DNA of 59,900 nucleotides, counting the filler, from Sphacelaria rigidula (taxonomy: Eukaryota), in assembly GCA_964200075.2 (NCBI GenBank). It is 7 parts of 7 records of this genome, joined end to end, with 100 filler letters (N's around TTAATTAATTAA, not from the genome) between each part and the next. Parts side by side here need not be neighbours in the genome. Positions count along the whole stretch, not along the records: positions 34,288 to 42,758 come from CAXNAA020011033.1; positions 42,859 to 51,329 come from CAXNAA020011034.1; 5 more parts are not named here. One strand, 5' to 3'. The position numbers and the translations under genes are program-made. Of the stretch, positions 39,395 through 50,907 are shown one piece after another. Within the stretch, counting starts at the first letter, position 1. Every line of letters begins with the position of its first letter. A model generated the notes under the pieces. It was not told where the DNA came from. It was given only the letters and a program-made list of their open reading frames with translations, and did no database searches.

Positions 39395-40180
39395 ATATCA
39401 GGTCAATCTGGGTTATCCGTTTGGGATCTCAGGCTCATCTGGGATATCCACCCGGAGTGTAGCATAAACATATCTGGACTTTTACATCCGAGAACTTTAT
39501 CTGGGATCTCGTATCGGCTGAGATACCCAACCAGGACATCTCCTTTCCTGCGTATGCAGCACGACACCTCACCGGCGCGCGCCAACCAAGAAGTATGGAC
39601 TTCCGGTATGCCGTGTACAACGCGTCACCAGCATATTATGTTAACCCACGTGCTCGTCTTACCAGCACACATTGCGTCACACTTCACCACCGGACGCTAT
39701 ACTAGCCCAGATGTGTACCGTAGCGCTTTGCTAAGCCGGATAAATGGTCACTAGCGCACAAGGTGTCTTGGGGTTGGGTCAGGGTTAGGGTTGTGGTTAA
39801 GGGTTTGGGATTGGGTTCGGGTTATAGCGGGACCTCGCATCCAGAACAAATTGCCCACTAGGGAAACTGGCTTTACCGGGTCGGGCGTTCCAGGTGGACG
39901 TCAGCATTACAATCCGATGTCCATCTGGGATATATCAGGTCCAGATAGATATACTAGGTCGGTGTTTTCATCCTAGAGATGGGCGTCCCAGGTAGACACT
40001 CCAGATGTATTCCTGCATCCCAGATGTATGTCACATATATACGCCAAATTCCAGGTGGATTTTCTTATCCTAGATGATATTCCGAGATAGACTTCAGGAG
40101 CCAATGGCTAACTATATCCTTGATAGATGTCCATTTGTGATATCCCAAAGCCTAGGCGACTGTGAGATCCCAGAGAGAGC
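39395..40180. repeat. Element with dispersed ATCTGGGAT / ATCCCAGAT motifs around a degenerate (TTAGGG)-like tract at 39770-39824
   Basis: ATCTGG(G)A motifs dominate on the left and TCC(C)AGAT on the right; the central tract reads GGGTTGGGTCAGGGTTAGGGTT. Confidence 0.45.
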
Positions 40181-40245
40181 TTGCATGATAGTGTAGGACT
40201 CCCGGGGGGCGCGGATTTTCATACTGTCGTGTACTCTTCCAGACA

Positions 40246-40682
40246 TTAGCCGATCATTAAGATTGAGGAAGGGGTTTTCATTGAAGCTGATCACCAGGAA
40301 AACTGAACTCGTTGTACCCACGCTAATTCGTCGGAATGTGGCTGCATTCCTTCACCTACTGTAGCTAATGACAAATACTACAAGCAATTCAAAATTTGAT
40401 TCCAATAACCGAAAGATTAGGGTCCTGAGTGAAAACAACTCTTTGGACTTCAGGTGATCAAAACGGATCATCTAAGTTTCCCAGATTTTTTTTTTCACCG
40501 AGGACCCCAATTTTTCGGTCATCGGAATCGAGAACTACATGGCGTGTAGTAGTTGTCAATAGCTGCCAGTAGGTGAAGGAATGCAACTGTATTTCAACGA
40601 ATTGGTATGGACACGAACCTTCTTAATTTTCCGGGTTATCATCCTTAACGAAAAGCCCCACCCTCAACTTTGATCATAGGCC
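40246..40682. mobile_element. Foldback element, copy 2, with 8-9 bp TSD (Mutator/Foldback-like)
   Basis: Arms of ~190 bp (GCATTCCTTCACCTACTG / CAGTAGGTGAAGGAATGC), homologous to 33455-33832. Direct repeat TCCAGACA at 40238-40245 and 40683-40690. Confidence 0.8.
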
Positions 40683-41219
40683 TCCAGACAGAGATCCAGT
40701 CCTCCCTTCTACGGGAGTAGGCACCTTCGCCAACCGACTCCAAATCTCACACTGCATGTCCTGCAAAAGCAAATGAAGACAACATTATATTCTCTTTTGC
40801 GTTCAAGTCGCTGGACATGATCCGGCCGGACCCCGTACATTATGTGTTTTATGGCGGGTCGATAGTGTACTACTGTACACGGACTGCCCACAGATACACG
40901 GAGGCAAGCCGTCCAACAATAATACCGAACTTTGGCGGCATATCGCTCTCCACACGGAGGACAGATATACAGCACGGACGTACTCACATCTAGTGAAGAT
41001 GGAGCCATTCGGCCCGTGGTAGATATGAACGGCTTTCTTGTCTCTCCATTGCTGCCAGGAGTGGTCACACCTCGATGTTCTTGGTCTTCGATTTCCGCTC
41101 TTACACGTTCAGTTCAGGAGGAAACACGGAAGTGGGGGGCGGTAGTCCGTTCAGTAGTGAGACAGTAAACGGCCAGCCAGATTTGTCGTAGATTCCAATA
41201 GTGGAGTCATGCTACAACA

Positions 41220-41488
41220 GGGGTGTACTCATGATCATGCATGCCATAGTCAGAAGACCATTGACCTCGCTTCCCTATAATACCGGGACGGAGCNNNNNN
41301 NNNNAGCGCCGTGGTGTGTTCGACGAGTCGCATGAAGGGTGAGTTGCATCCTGCTGAGATTGTTTGGCCCGAAGCGGACTGATTATCTTGCATTTGGATG
41401 ACAACCTCCATTGAGTTGCTTTATTCTGTGGTATCGCCACTTCAGGAGATAGCCACGGCTTTTGCACTGCCTCATGGGTGTCTAACCA
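41220..41488 (-). mobile_element. Poly(C)-ended retroposon, near full-length copy (contains a 10-N gap)
   Basis: Reverse complement is colinear with 10654-10963; ACAGGGG occurs on both flanks. Confidence 0.8.
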
Positions 41489-41569
41489 ATACAGGGGGGG
41501 GTATTTTGGGCCACTTTCTTCCACGAAATTCTACTTGCAATCGTCGTTGATAGCAGCAATGACAGTTCG

Positions 41570-41744
41570 TGTATTGCGTGCGAGGACCGTGCTTAGGGTT
41601 AGGGTTAGTGTTGGGGTTGAGGTCCGGGCCGTGGTCCCTGCAGGGACTGGCCCGATTGGTTTTGAGAAACGTCGATCCTGAGGTGTTTCGAAGTTTCGAA
41701 CTACGATGCGGTCCCCTAAGCACGCGGTCCTCTCACGCATTACA
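41570..41744 (-). mobile_element. Telomere-repeat-carrying MITE, copy B
   Basis: TGTATTGCGTG...CACGCATTACA ends, exact 5-bp TSD GTTCG (41565-41569, 41745-41749) and an internal TTAGGGTTAGGGTTAG. Confidence 0.88.
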
Positions 41745-41996
41745 GTTCGAGCGCGCTTGCTTACGATTTATGACGCTCATGCATTCATAGTATTTCACAT
41801 CGCTTTTACCCAAATACAAGCGCACCGCGAGTGTGTTGGGTCGTCTGACGCACCTATGAGCCCAATTTTTCGCCCCCGCTCCCCCCATCGTAGCATGACT
41901 CAGAGTCCACGAGAATGTTTCCCCCCATTTCTCCACTGTACCTTACGCTATCAACATTGCGCAATATCTTAAAATAGTGACGCTGTGAGTCCAGGC

Positions 41997-42195
41997 TGTA
42001 ATGCGTGAGAGGACCGCGTGCTTAGAGGACCGCATGGTTGTTCGAAACACCTCAGGATCGACGTCTACCAAAACCAATCGGGCCAGTCCCTGCAGGGACC
42101 ACGCCCCTGACCCTAACCCTAACCCTAACCCTAAACATAGGGATGTTCAAACTCCGATGGGGTCCTGTAAGCACGCGGTCCTCTCACGCATTACA
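41997..42195 (+). mobile_element. Telomere-repeat-carrying MITE, copy C
   Basis: Perfect 28-bp TIR TGTAATGCGTGAGAGGACCGCGTGCTTA, flanks CAGGC/CTGGC and an internal CCCTGA(CCCTAA)4. Confidence 0.92.
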
Positions 42196-42758
42196 CTGGC
42201 CATCACTTTGATGAATAAGCATTATTATCCACATGATGGGTATAAGTGGACCGATCGTCGTTAGATCTTCGCTTACACCGCGTCTCTTAATTGGACATAG
42301 GCCAGGACATATTCCTTAGCAGCGTCGGCCATTTTTAGACACATGCGGCGGTCAACGTGTGTTTTTCATGGCGAACCCCGTTGCAAGTGGTTGTTGTGGG
42401 CGATGTGTCGGCATCGACATCGCGACCAGTATCTTATGCTGACTTGGGCGGTCATATCAAGAGTGGCCAATAAGAGATATTACAGCAGCAATCAGGGTGA
42501 AGAAAGTACCATAAAGTGGTAAACTGTGACCAGAATAAGTTGGCGCTCGACGAAGAGGATGTGAGGTATATCTTGCTCTCTTGAGCCAGTGTAAGGTATA
42601 TGGCAGCACAGGAAAATAAGCCGCAACGTCGCTGTGTGAACCATCGTCTCGCTTGCTCCCCCCCGTTTTTCACACGGTAAGTGCATAGAGGGAAATGTAC
42701 CGATTAAGATACCCTTAAGGCACCTGGCGGGAAAAACTCTATATCTTGGGACCCATGG

Positions 42759-42858
42759 NNNNNNNNNNNNNNNNNNNNNNNNNNNNNNNNNNNNNNNNNN
42801 NNTTAATTAATTAANNNNNNNNNNNNNNNNNNNNNNNNNNNNNNNNNNNNNNNNNNNN
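42759..42858. other. Artificial linker
   Basis: N44-TTAATTAATTAA-N44. Confidence 0.98.

Positions 42859-42917
<59 letters not shown>
42859..42917. repeat. (AAT)n microsatellite
   Basis: Perfect trinucleotide run at the segment start. Confidence 0.95.
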
Positions 42918-42918
<1 letters not shown>

Positions 42919-44472
42919 CATGAGGTATTTGTGAAAACAACATCGTTCCCTCCTCCTCTTTGTTGTTGTGAGCTCTCGGCGATTTAGTACTGACAAAAAC
43001 TGCTCCGAGTTTTCAGTCGCCGATAAATCACAAAAAAAAAAAGGAGGGGAAGATTTCGTTATCGCAAATACCTCATACACATTGGGTCAAAATTTCATTG
43101 AAGACGACTCGGAATTGAGCTGCGAACGCGCGTTTCAATATTTCTGTTCGCATCTTGGCCGGCTCAGCTTGTAGTACGCTCCTAGGACATGCACATAGCT
43201 TATGTAACCCTTGGGGTGGTGTGTAGAATGCCGAAAACGTGCGCAACGGTGAGTTAACCCTCTTGCAACCCTGCCCTCCTGTCCCCGGGTCAAACGCCTC
43301 ATTATGATAAGCCCTGACAAAGAGGAAAAAATGGAAGTAGAAAAGGCCGACGGTAGCCATTTTATGATGGAAGGTCGGAGAAGAATCCAGTAACACACGC
43401 GGTGGGTGCAAGAAAAATGTCCTCCCTGGAGAGGTCGGGTGAGGTTTGTCCAATCGGACGCAACGGATGAAGTGTGTCCAATTGTATCCATCGACAATTA
43501 TCAGCACAAACACTTTGAAACATTCCATTAAAAAAACAGCAACAGGTTCCAGGGTCTGATACGGCACATTGGTAAAATTGGTAAATGGGAAATCTTCTTT
43601 TGTTCTACTTGCCACTCGCACTGGTCTAAAAGATACGCATTTGGTGAATGTTGTTGCGTCTGAGCTGTAAACCATCAACCATATCTTGCTCAAAAACCGT
43701 AAATTGCAAATGATTAATTTTCCATTGTGTTTTCCAAAAGGGTTAACAACCCTACTAGTGTGTGGATAACTGCTGTTTCACCGCTCTTCTAGTTGACACC
43801 CTCAATAACGTTTGTTGTGGACCAAGTCTGTGTGCACCCCGATGAGCGTTGGCGCTGTCCGACAAACGTTGTGTTATTCCAAAAAGGAGTAAATTCGAAA
43901 TTGGTCTATCACCTGAAGTGGTTAACAAGCCTGCTATCACTTTTTCCGGGAAAAGTAGAAACTGTCCGAAAATGTCGGAGATTTGGGTGGGAAATACTGG
44001 ACCCGTGAGTAATACCCCTATAATGGTTCATCAATTTTTTCTGGAGGCGGCCAGAAAATTACTGTCAGGACTCATCGAGCGTGATGACATGGTATAAGCT
44101 GGGACGCACTTCGTGCCGTTGATAACTAGAAACTTTGCGTCAAAGCTGCCTTTACATCGTGCGTGCGATGGATTTCGCAGCAGACAATTTCCCTGGTACG
44201 GGGACGAGAAAATTGTTCTGTAGCGAAAAATGTTTTTTTTTTTTTTCCAAGACGAAGCACGTCCGCGCCGGCTCCGAGACCTCAGACACCCATTTAACTG
44301 TGTACTCGTGTATCTCTCCTACCTTGGCTGCGACAGGGAACCTTTGCTATCGATATATAACCTCGCTAAATTGGGGGATGGACCTACGGAGCAGGGGTGA
44401 TAGCATATAACTTTACAATGCCCACCGCCGGATGTGTCTGGACTTTCCGCGCGCGGATCACTCTGTGCACAG

Positions 44473-44963
44473 ATGGGATGCAGTTGCCCCCAGTGTCGAC
44501 ACGGTCACGCTGCCTCGGGAGATTTCAAAGACGGGATGGTGGTGTGCCTGGGCATTGTGGATGAAGCCGAGGGACAGGTCTGCACTAATGACTGGCGTTG
44601 ATGTTGATGAAACGGGAAAACAACTTTGAAAAAAAAGCACGAGATCTCACTGCGATATTTGGTGCAACGAAGGATCCTACCTAGTCACTGCCAGCACGCT
44701 CAATTCACTTTTTGGTGGGTAGGTGCTTCGGGGCACTCTAAGGGTTACACATGTTGCGACAATGCTCACACAACGGCACGTGTTTCCCGTTCGACTTCGA
44801 CCAAATGTTTTCAGCGAAGCGAGTGTAATAAGGTACCGATCGTGCCGTAGTGCCCGCTTGACTGTCACGCCGGTAAACATGTTGATTTCGCAGGTGTTCA
44901 TGGTAGACGCCACCCCAGACTTCGGTCGTCAACTATGGGCTCTTCAGCATTCAGGGACAAGAG
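44473..44963 (+). CDS. Two exons (44473-44577, 44894-~44963) of a PqqB-like metallo-beta-lactamase-fold hydrolase; partial gene
   Basis: The intron is GT-AG, phase 0. The spliced peptide MGCSCPQCRHGHAASGDFKDGMVVCLGIVDEAEGQ-VFMVDATPDFGRQLWALQ fits the GCxCxxC...LGIVD...DATPDFxxQL N-terminus of PqqB/PhnP-type proteins. Confidence 0.7.
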
Positions 44964-47212
44964 GTGATCAGGTTATGGGCTGGAATAGGTGAAAAGAAGG
45001 ACCGCGGGTAGTTTTCTGCGGTGCATCGCAGTACGTGAAACATTTGTGTGGTTCAGCGCAAGTTTGCAAATTTCGAGCGCTATACCGTACCGCGGAATCA
45101 CAAGATTATATTTCCCGCGACCGTAAACTATCGCCCCGCGAATGAGTCCATGGCACCGCTCTGTACTGTACCGTGAATCAACCATATTGCGCCATACCGC
45201 TGCCACCGTTCAAATACTGTCCGGCATTTTGCAGAAACAAATCATGACAAGTTGACTCAATGATCAACACCACGCCACACATCGTGTAAGTGCAGCGTTC
45301 GAACCCCGCCCCGCCGTCCTTTCATTTACTATTTTATTTTTACTCATTATTTTTCTCGGGGCAAGTGACGACGGCTCGAAGCGATACAGAAATGGCATGG
45401 ACTGCCTGTAGCGGGAAAACATATGGTGTGCTGAGAAGATTTCACGTTCCACTCCAGGAAGAACCTCATGTATATAAATATAAATACACGTACATCTAGG
45501 AGTTGTTTTCCAGTTAGTTGAGGCTGCGTCATTTTCTTAGGTGTTCTCAATTGCTGCAATACTTCTCCTGGCATCAGTTGTTGTTTCACGTGCATCATGT
45601 ATTATTTTGGCTTCTACCCTTGGGTCGCATTTTCGCAATTAACAAGTCCTCCCGTGTTTTCGAACAGGCTGGTTCACGCTTTCGATCCAAGATTCACTAA
45701 TCAGCGAATGTCTTCCGCGATGCGTACCCCATAGTCCCGTAAGAAGTATCACACTGACCGCCGAGGAAAGCTCAAGAGGGTGACAACTTTTCGTTTCAGA
45801 TCATATTGGTGGCGCTAAGGGCGAAAGAATGGCGAAATAGTACGTCGCCCGTTCAGCGGCCTTCCAATTGTTCTAGAGTAAAACGACGGGTTCCCGACAC
45901 GACTTCAACCCAATCTCCACATGCTTCAAATTTTAGAAACTGCCATCAGCTCGGCAATTAATGGGAAAAAGTTCCTCGAAAACGGTTGCCATGGGATCGA
46001 GTTATGCCCCAAACCGTGCTATTCCGGCAATGTGGGGTTTTGACGTCGTCCGATTCTCACTGATGATTTTCACCGAAGACCCAGGAGACCTCCCGATGTT
46101 TTCCCTTATATCTGTCGTTGATACTGATGCTCAATATGGGAAAAATGTATTGTTGAAACTATTTCCAGGGTTTATCCGCCCTTTGCCGGCTTCCGGGGAT
46201 CCTCGCGTGTAGACCCCCGGGAAGCCGGTACAAAACGCCTGAAAACAGGCAACAAACCACTCGTCACGCGATAGTTCAAGGAACATTTGTGTAAAGCGTT
46301 GTTGTGTAAATAAAATAAACTGATGCAATAGGGTAGTTTTTGACGTTAAGCTAAACCCGAAAAAGTTGCCCAATACTCAAACAGAGTAATTAAGACCATT
46401 ATCTTTCAAGTCAACTGTTCCGCATAAAAGCCCAAATCTTTACGCCGATGCTTGCGAGATAGAGTGAAACTTTGCGCACCTACACTGTAGATCATTTAAA
46501 GACTTTTGATGAACGGTGTTTTTTTTTTTCCACCCTTTTTTTCGTAGCCCTCGAGGGTGCAAAAAAGGGCATCTTACTCCCCATGACATTGGAATCCCCA
46601 CTAACCGGCGAAAACAAATCGAACAACACCGCCAATTCAGAGTTTTGAAATGCCGCATAGAGTATATATGCATTTTTTCAGAGTCTAATTCGAAGAATTG
46701 GCGTGAACATTTGTGAATGAATGAATGGTGGGGTGAATGCGTGAACTAGTCTGCAGTTGCGCTCACATGTAACAAGATTTTCGCGAAATATGGGGACAGC
46801 CTTTTTCATGTAATGAAACGCAAGCAGTTCGTGTTTTAGAGCCGCTTGGATGCGATCCCACCAATTGATGTCTCACACAAAGCTCTTGACTGTATGATCG
46901 AGTGGATACCCTCTTTAACGGTTCCCCATGCGTCCATCACACGTTAACGAGATGCACGTGAATCCATTAAAAACGACGGCGCTTTTCGCGATTTATCAAC
47001 CTGCTCGTCAAAATCATCCGAGAAAAATGGGCGGAAAGACCTAGCAGCCGTAAAAAATGATGGATGGGGTATGGGGTCACCAACAGTATTGGCCTTTGAA
47101 CTGTGAGCCGAAGCTTCCGTTCGAGGCACCCTGTGTTAACGTGCATCTGAGCGTCATTGTCCCTGAAAATCGGTTGGTCCCTTTTCTCAGGAAAATTTTC
47201 TTGGGTGGACTC

Positions 47213-47265
47213 TGATAATAATGATAATAATAATTATAACGATGATTATATTGTTGTTGTTGTGG

Positions 47266-47302
<37 letters not shown>
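47213..47302. repeat. Compound (AAT/GAT)n-(GTT)n microsatellite
   Basis: Read directly from the sequence. Confidence 0.9.
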
Positions 47303-47303
<1 letters not shown>

Positions 47304-48879
47304 ATATTATCATTTCCGCACATTAGCCCGATCTCCCGGCATCCGTGTGATAAACGTTGGCTCGCCTTACCTGTACCGTCACTACTATTCCTTACACGAG
47401 ATAAGAGGCGCTAATGAAGCAATTTCTTCTGAGACTCAACAAAAATAAAGAAGACGAAAACAAAAATAAAACAATGAGCGAGAGACGTCACGGAAATAGA
47501 AAAGAAGGCTCCCCCCGAGTTGGTAGAGGTGTGGTGAAACAAACAACTCAGATCTGCCAATACAGTGAAGGGACTGAACGGATACCAAGCGAGAGTCAGA
47601 TGACATCCCCAGGTACCACGGAGAAAGAGAATCGAAGTTTCCGAGAACACGGCACACGCACCGGCGAGTACTGTACGGTGCAGAACGGCTTCACGCAGGG
47701 CACGGCGAGAGCTTCGAGTCCCGTGATACCGCAGGCGACTGCCGAGGTTTTCGATCGCGGCAGCATCGGCGATAAGTTCAGTTTACCATTGTCGTGTAGC
47801 GATTGTGCAGACCCATACCGTACCGCACTGCAGTTTCAAGAATCCACATCCTGTGTTTCCGCGCGATACCCCCAATAAAAAATATCACCAGTTCCGCACC
47901 GCACATCACGGGTACCGAACACCGCTTACACCAGTAACTCCGCGAAAATCAAGCACCGCGTACCGTGCAGATGATAATGCAAAACCCCGTTCTAGGGCGG
48001 CCATTGTAGTGAATGGGACACCACCCTTCCCTGCAGTATTTGTCTGACGTGTAGCTCAAAATGTCGCAGATAAGTCTGGATGGTGGTGTCGCTCATACCG
48101 CCACGAGGTGCTCCAATTGATTGATCGGTCGACTGCCGTACAATCAACCGAACCCCGAGAAATGCGGTCATGGTCCTTATCCACAAGATAGACGTACCCG
48201 AGGTAAGCGAAGCGGACACACTCGCTGAAGAAACTCGGAAGAGGAAAACTATGAAAAGTGGGAGAAACGAATTAAACTCAAGAACAAGAAGAACAATAAA
48301 ATCAACAGGAGGAAAAGGTACGGCAAGGAAAGAAGGAAACGAGAACGCGCTAAGATGCATCTGGTACAGGTCACGATAAAGTAGACAAGGGATGATCAGT
48401 CACTGCCTGTCATGGCTTCTGGCCAGCACACCGAACAACGAAATAAACGGACGAAGCAGAACTAGAGGGGCCGCAAAAGCACGTTGCGGCTGAACCTTTT
48501 TTGGGAACCACACTATGTGGAGATGGCGTCTGACCCACAAACTTTGCAAGAGCCAGGCACGAAGGCTTCTAAAGCATTTTTGAAACTCAAAAGAGAGAGA
48601 GAGAGAAAGAGAGAGCGGAAATTGAGGAATTGAAGAAAAGCTGGAACCCGGAGCCAAAGCATAACTTGTGCAAGAACATAGCTGGCAAACAGAACTTATG
48701 TTACAAGCCAAGGAAGGAGGCCAACGACTGATGAGAAAAGACAGGGGTATATTGCTCCGTGCTGCCCCTCGTCTCCCATCCATCCCTGGTCGATACGAAG
48801 TAGGTCACTCTCTCAGCCTTTTCCGTCTTGGGTTCCTTGCGAACTGCAGCTGTTGTAGTTGTGTCAGAGGTGGCGCCTC

Positions 48880-50165
48880 TGCTACCGGCGACTCTCCATG
48901 CCACAGTCTCTTGCTTTTGGCGTATCGGGTTAGCGTATGTCTTCGCGTCGTCCGCCTCCTGGGATTCCTCCGCCCCTGTCTCTACCCCCAGCTTCCATCT
49001 GCCCACGTTCTTCGCGGCAGCAACTCACTCTTGTGTGTCTTTGATCTGCATCCGGTATGCGAATCGTACCCTCCGTTCTCCTCTGCGTGGGACAGACCCG
49101 AGCGCTCGCAAGTCCTCCTGGAAGCGGTGCCCCAAGTTCTTGGAGCGCTCGTCAGCCTCCCTAGACTTTTGTGCGGCCGACCGTCCGAAGATGATGCGCT
49201 ACGAAGACGTGGTTTCTCCTCCCGGACAAGGACCGCCGCAAACCAAAACTGACACTTGCGCATGGCTGTCTCGATACGCTCCGGTCATCTCGAGAGCAGC
49301 TCTGTATGCAAAAGTCTTATGTTCATTGCGGTTTGAGTATGTAACGTCTGTTAGTGTCAGGTGTCACTGCCGTTATCGTTCGTCTGTTTATGGGATTGTG
49401 CCCGTTGGAGGCTCGCCGACGTCTTTTGCGTGCGAATCGACCAAGGAACCGAACTGAGACGCACACGATGTTTTTATCTGAGTGCGGCAAGTTGTGCGGT
49501 CAAAGGTGAACGATAGTATTTTGAGAAAGTCTAGGGTGGGCTTTTCGTGTGGGGGTGCAGTCTATGCGCTTCTTGTCCGCAGGACGGCTAGCAATACCAT
49601 TACAGTGGTCATAGGCGGTCTCCCTCAGGGGCGGAAGAATGTTTTTCACCAGCGCCTGGTGTCACGTGCAACTTGGAGCAACGCAGCACCGCTGTTGTCG
49701 CTGGCTTAAGAATCCTGGCCGCATGTCCGTAATGTTGTATGCTTACTCTTTCCTGATCTTACCCTAGTTCTAGCGTTAGCTTGTATCAAAACAAACAGAT
49801 AGTCGCCGTTGGGAACTCGGTTTACCGAGCTGTCCAACTCAGTTCAGAACGTATATCTTTTTCCTTGGCCTTGGAAGTGTCGGGTGGGGGCATAAGCAGC
49901 TACGAACGTAGCAGCGTTCGATGTTCTCCTGATGGGTTGAAAGTCATCAACAGGAGGCGTTCGCTGACGGATGCCTGTGTCCACGTAGCCATATTGACGA
50001 TCGAGTCCTTGACCGCCAGCCCAACCCCATGCTGTACAGCCCTACCATTGTCCCCTTCTGCACCGCAGTTGAAGACGCGGTATCCCGCGGAAGAGAGCAC
50101 ACTTTTACCGGATCATCCTTGTCTCTTGCATTCTGGTGTACGGACGTTGTAGGTCGCCACTTTAG
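48880..50165 (-). mobile_element. RTE-type LINE remnant, internally deleted
   Basis: APE endonuclease motifs VATYNVRT, QETR, GVGLAV, SERLLLM and YAPT lie at 50165-49880. The C-terminal RIIFG...EDLRALG...WVAAAKNVGRWKLGVETGAE lies at 49300-48960. No RT core is seen between them. Confidence 0.75.
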
Positions 50166-50492
50166 TCCTCCTACTTGTGACCTAGCTCTAGCGCCATCGA
50201 CGTCTGCATATTTCGCTCTTTGTTCTGCCCTCCTTTTTGTCCAGGCCTTCCGCCTAACCTTTGTGAGCAGTTTGTTTCTGCTCTAACTTTTTCTTGGTTA
50301 ACATGTCTAGGTAGTTCCCTTTTGCGTTGGTCCGATGGAGAGGCGCAGTCGTCTCAGCCCGCGTAGGCAGCTAGTTTTCATCCGCTGAATCTCGCACTTA
50401 CTCACACATGTCCCAATGTCTACCCTTTCAGCGTCTATATTGAATTTTACAGGTATTTCAGTGCTGGTAATTCCGACTGAAAAACATCGGTA

Positions 50493-50907
50493 TGTGGGAA
50501 CCACCATATAGGAGGGACGAATTCCCACTAGTGCCTGTCAAGGAATCACCTTTTCACACTGGTGACACGATGAAATAGCTCGCACGTTTCACGAACACAA
50601 GGTCCCGGCTTCAAATTCCGGGTCTCACCAAAATGGTGGGAGCCAAACAAATGGTGAGTACCCTCGGAAGGGGAGTTCAAAACTCACAAAAAATCTGCTG
50701 CGGCGGTTGTTGGTTGGATGACTCAACACACGTAAAAGACATGTGAACTAGAGGCAAGATTCCAACCGCTAGCCGACGTAAAAGGGTATTCCTGCACAAC
50801 CTCCAAGAGGCTCATGAGAGGGGGAGGGGGGGTGGGGGTGATGTGGGAACCGCCACATAGAAGGGACAAATTCCCACACGTGTCTATCAAGGCATCACCT
50901 TTTCACG
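50493..50907 (+). mobile_element. TRIM (miniature LTR retrotransposon), 415 bp
   Basis: 66-bp LTRs at 50493-50558 (TG...CA) and 50842-50907, 56/66 identical. PBS TGGTGACACG at 50560 and G-rich PPT at 50816-50840. Confidence 0.85.

Noticed and set aside
38450-41101. Candidate minus-strand exons near 38450-38592 and 40988-41101
   Set aside because: The splice sites are plausible, but there is no recognisable domain and the exons cannot be linked.
45000-47990. ACCG(T/C)-rich patches at ~45000-45230 and ~47810-47990 as regulatory arrays
   Set aside because: They look like decayed repeat subterminal motifs, and no boundaries or TSD can be defined.
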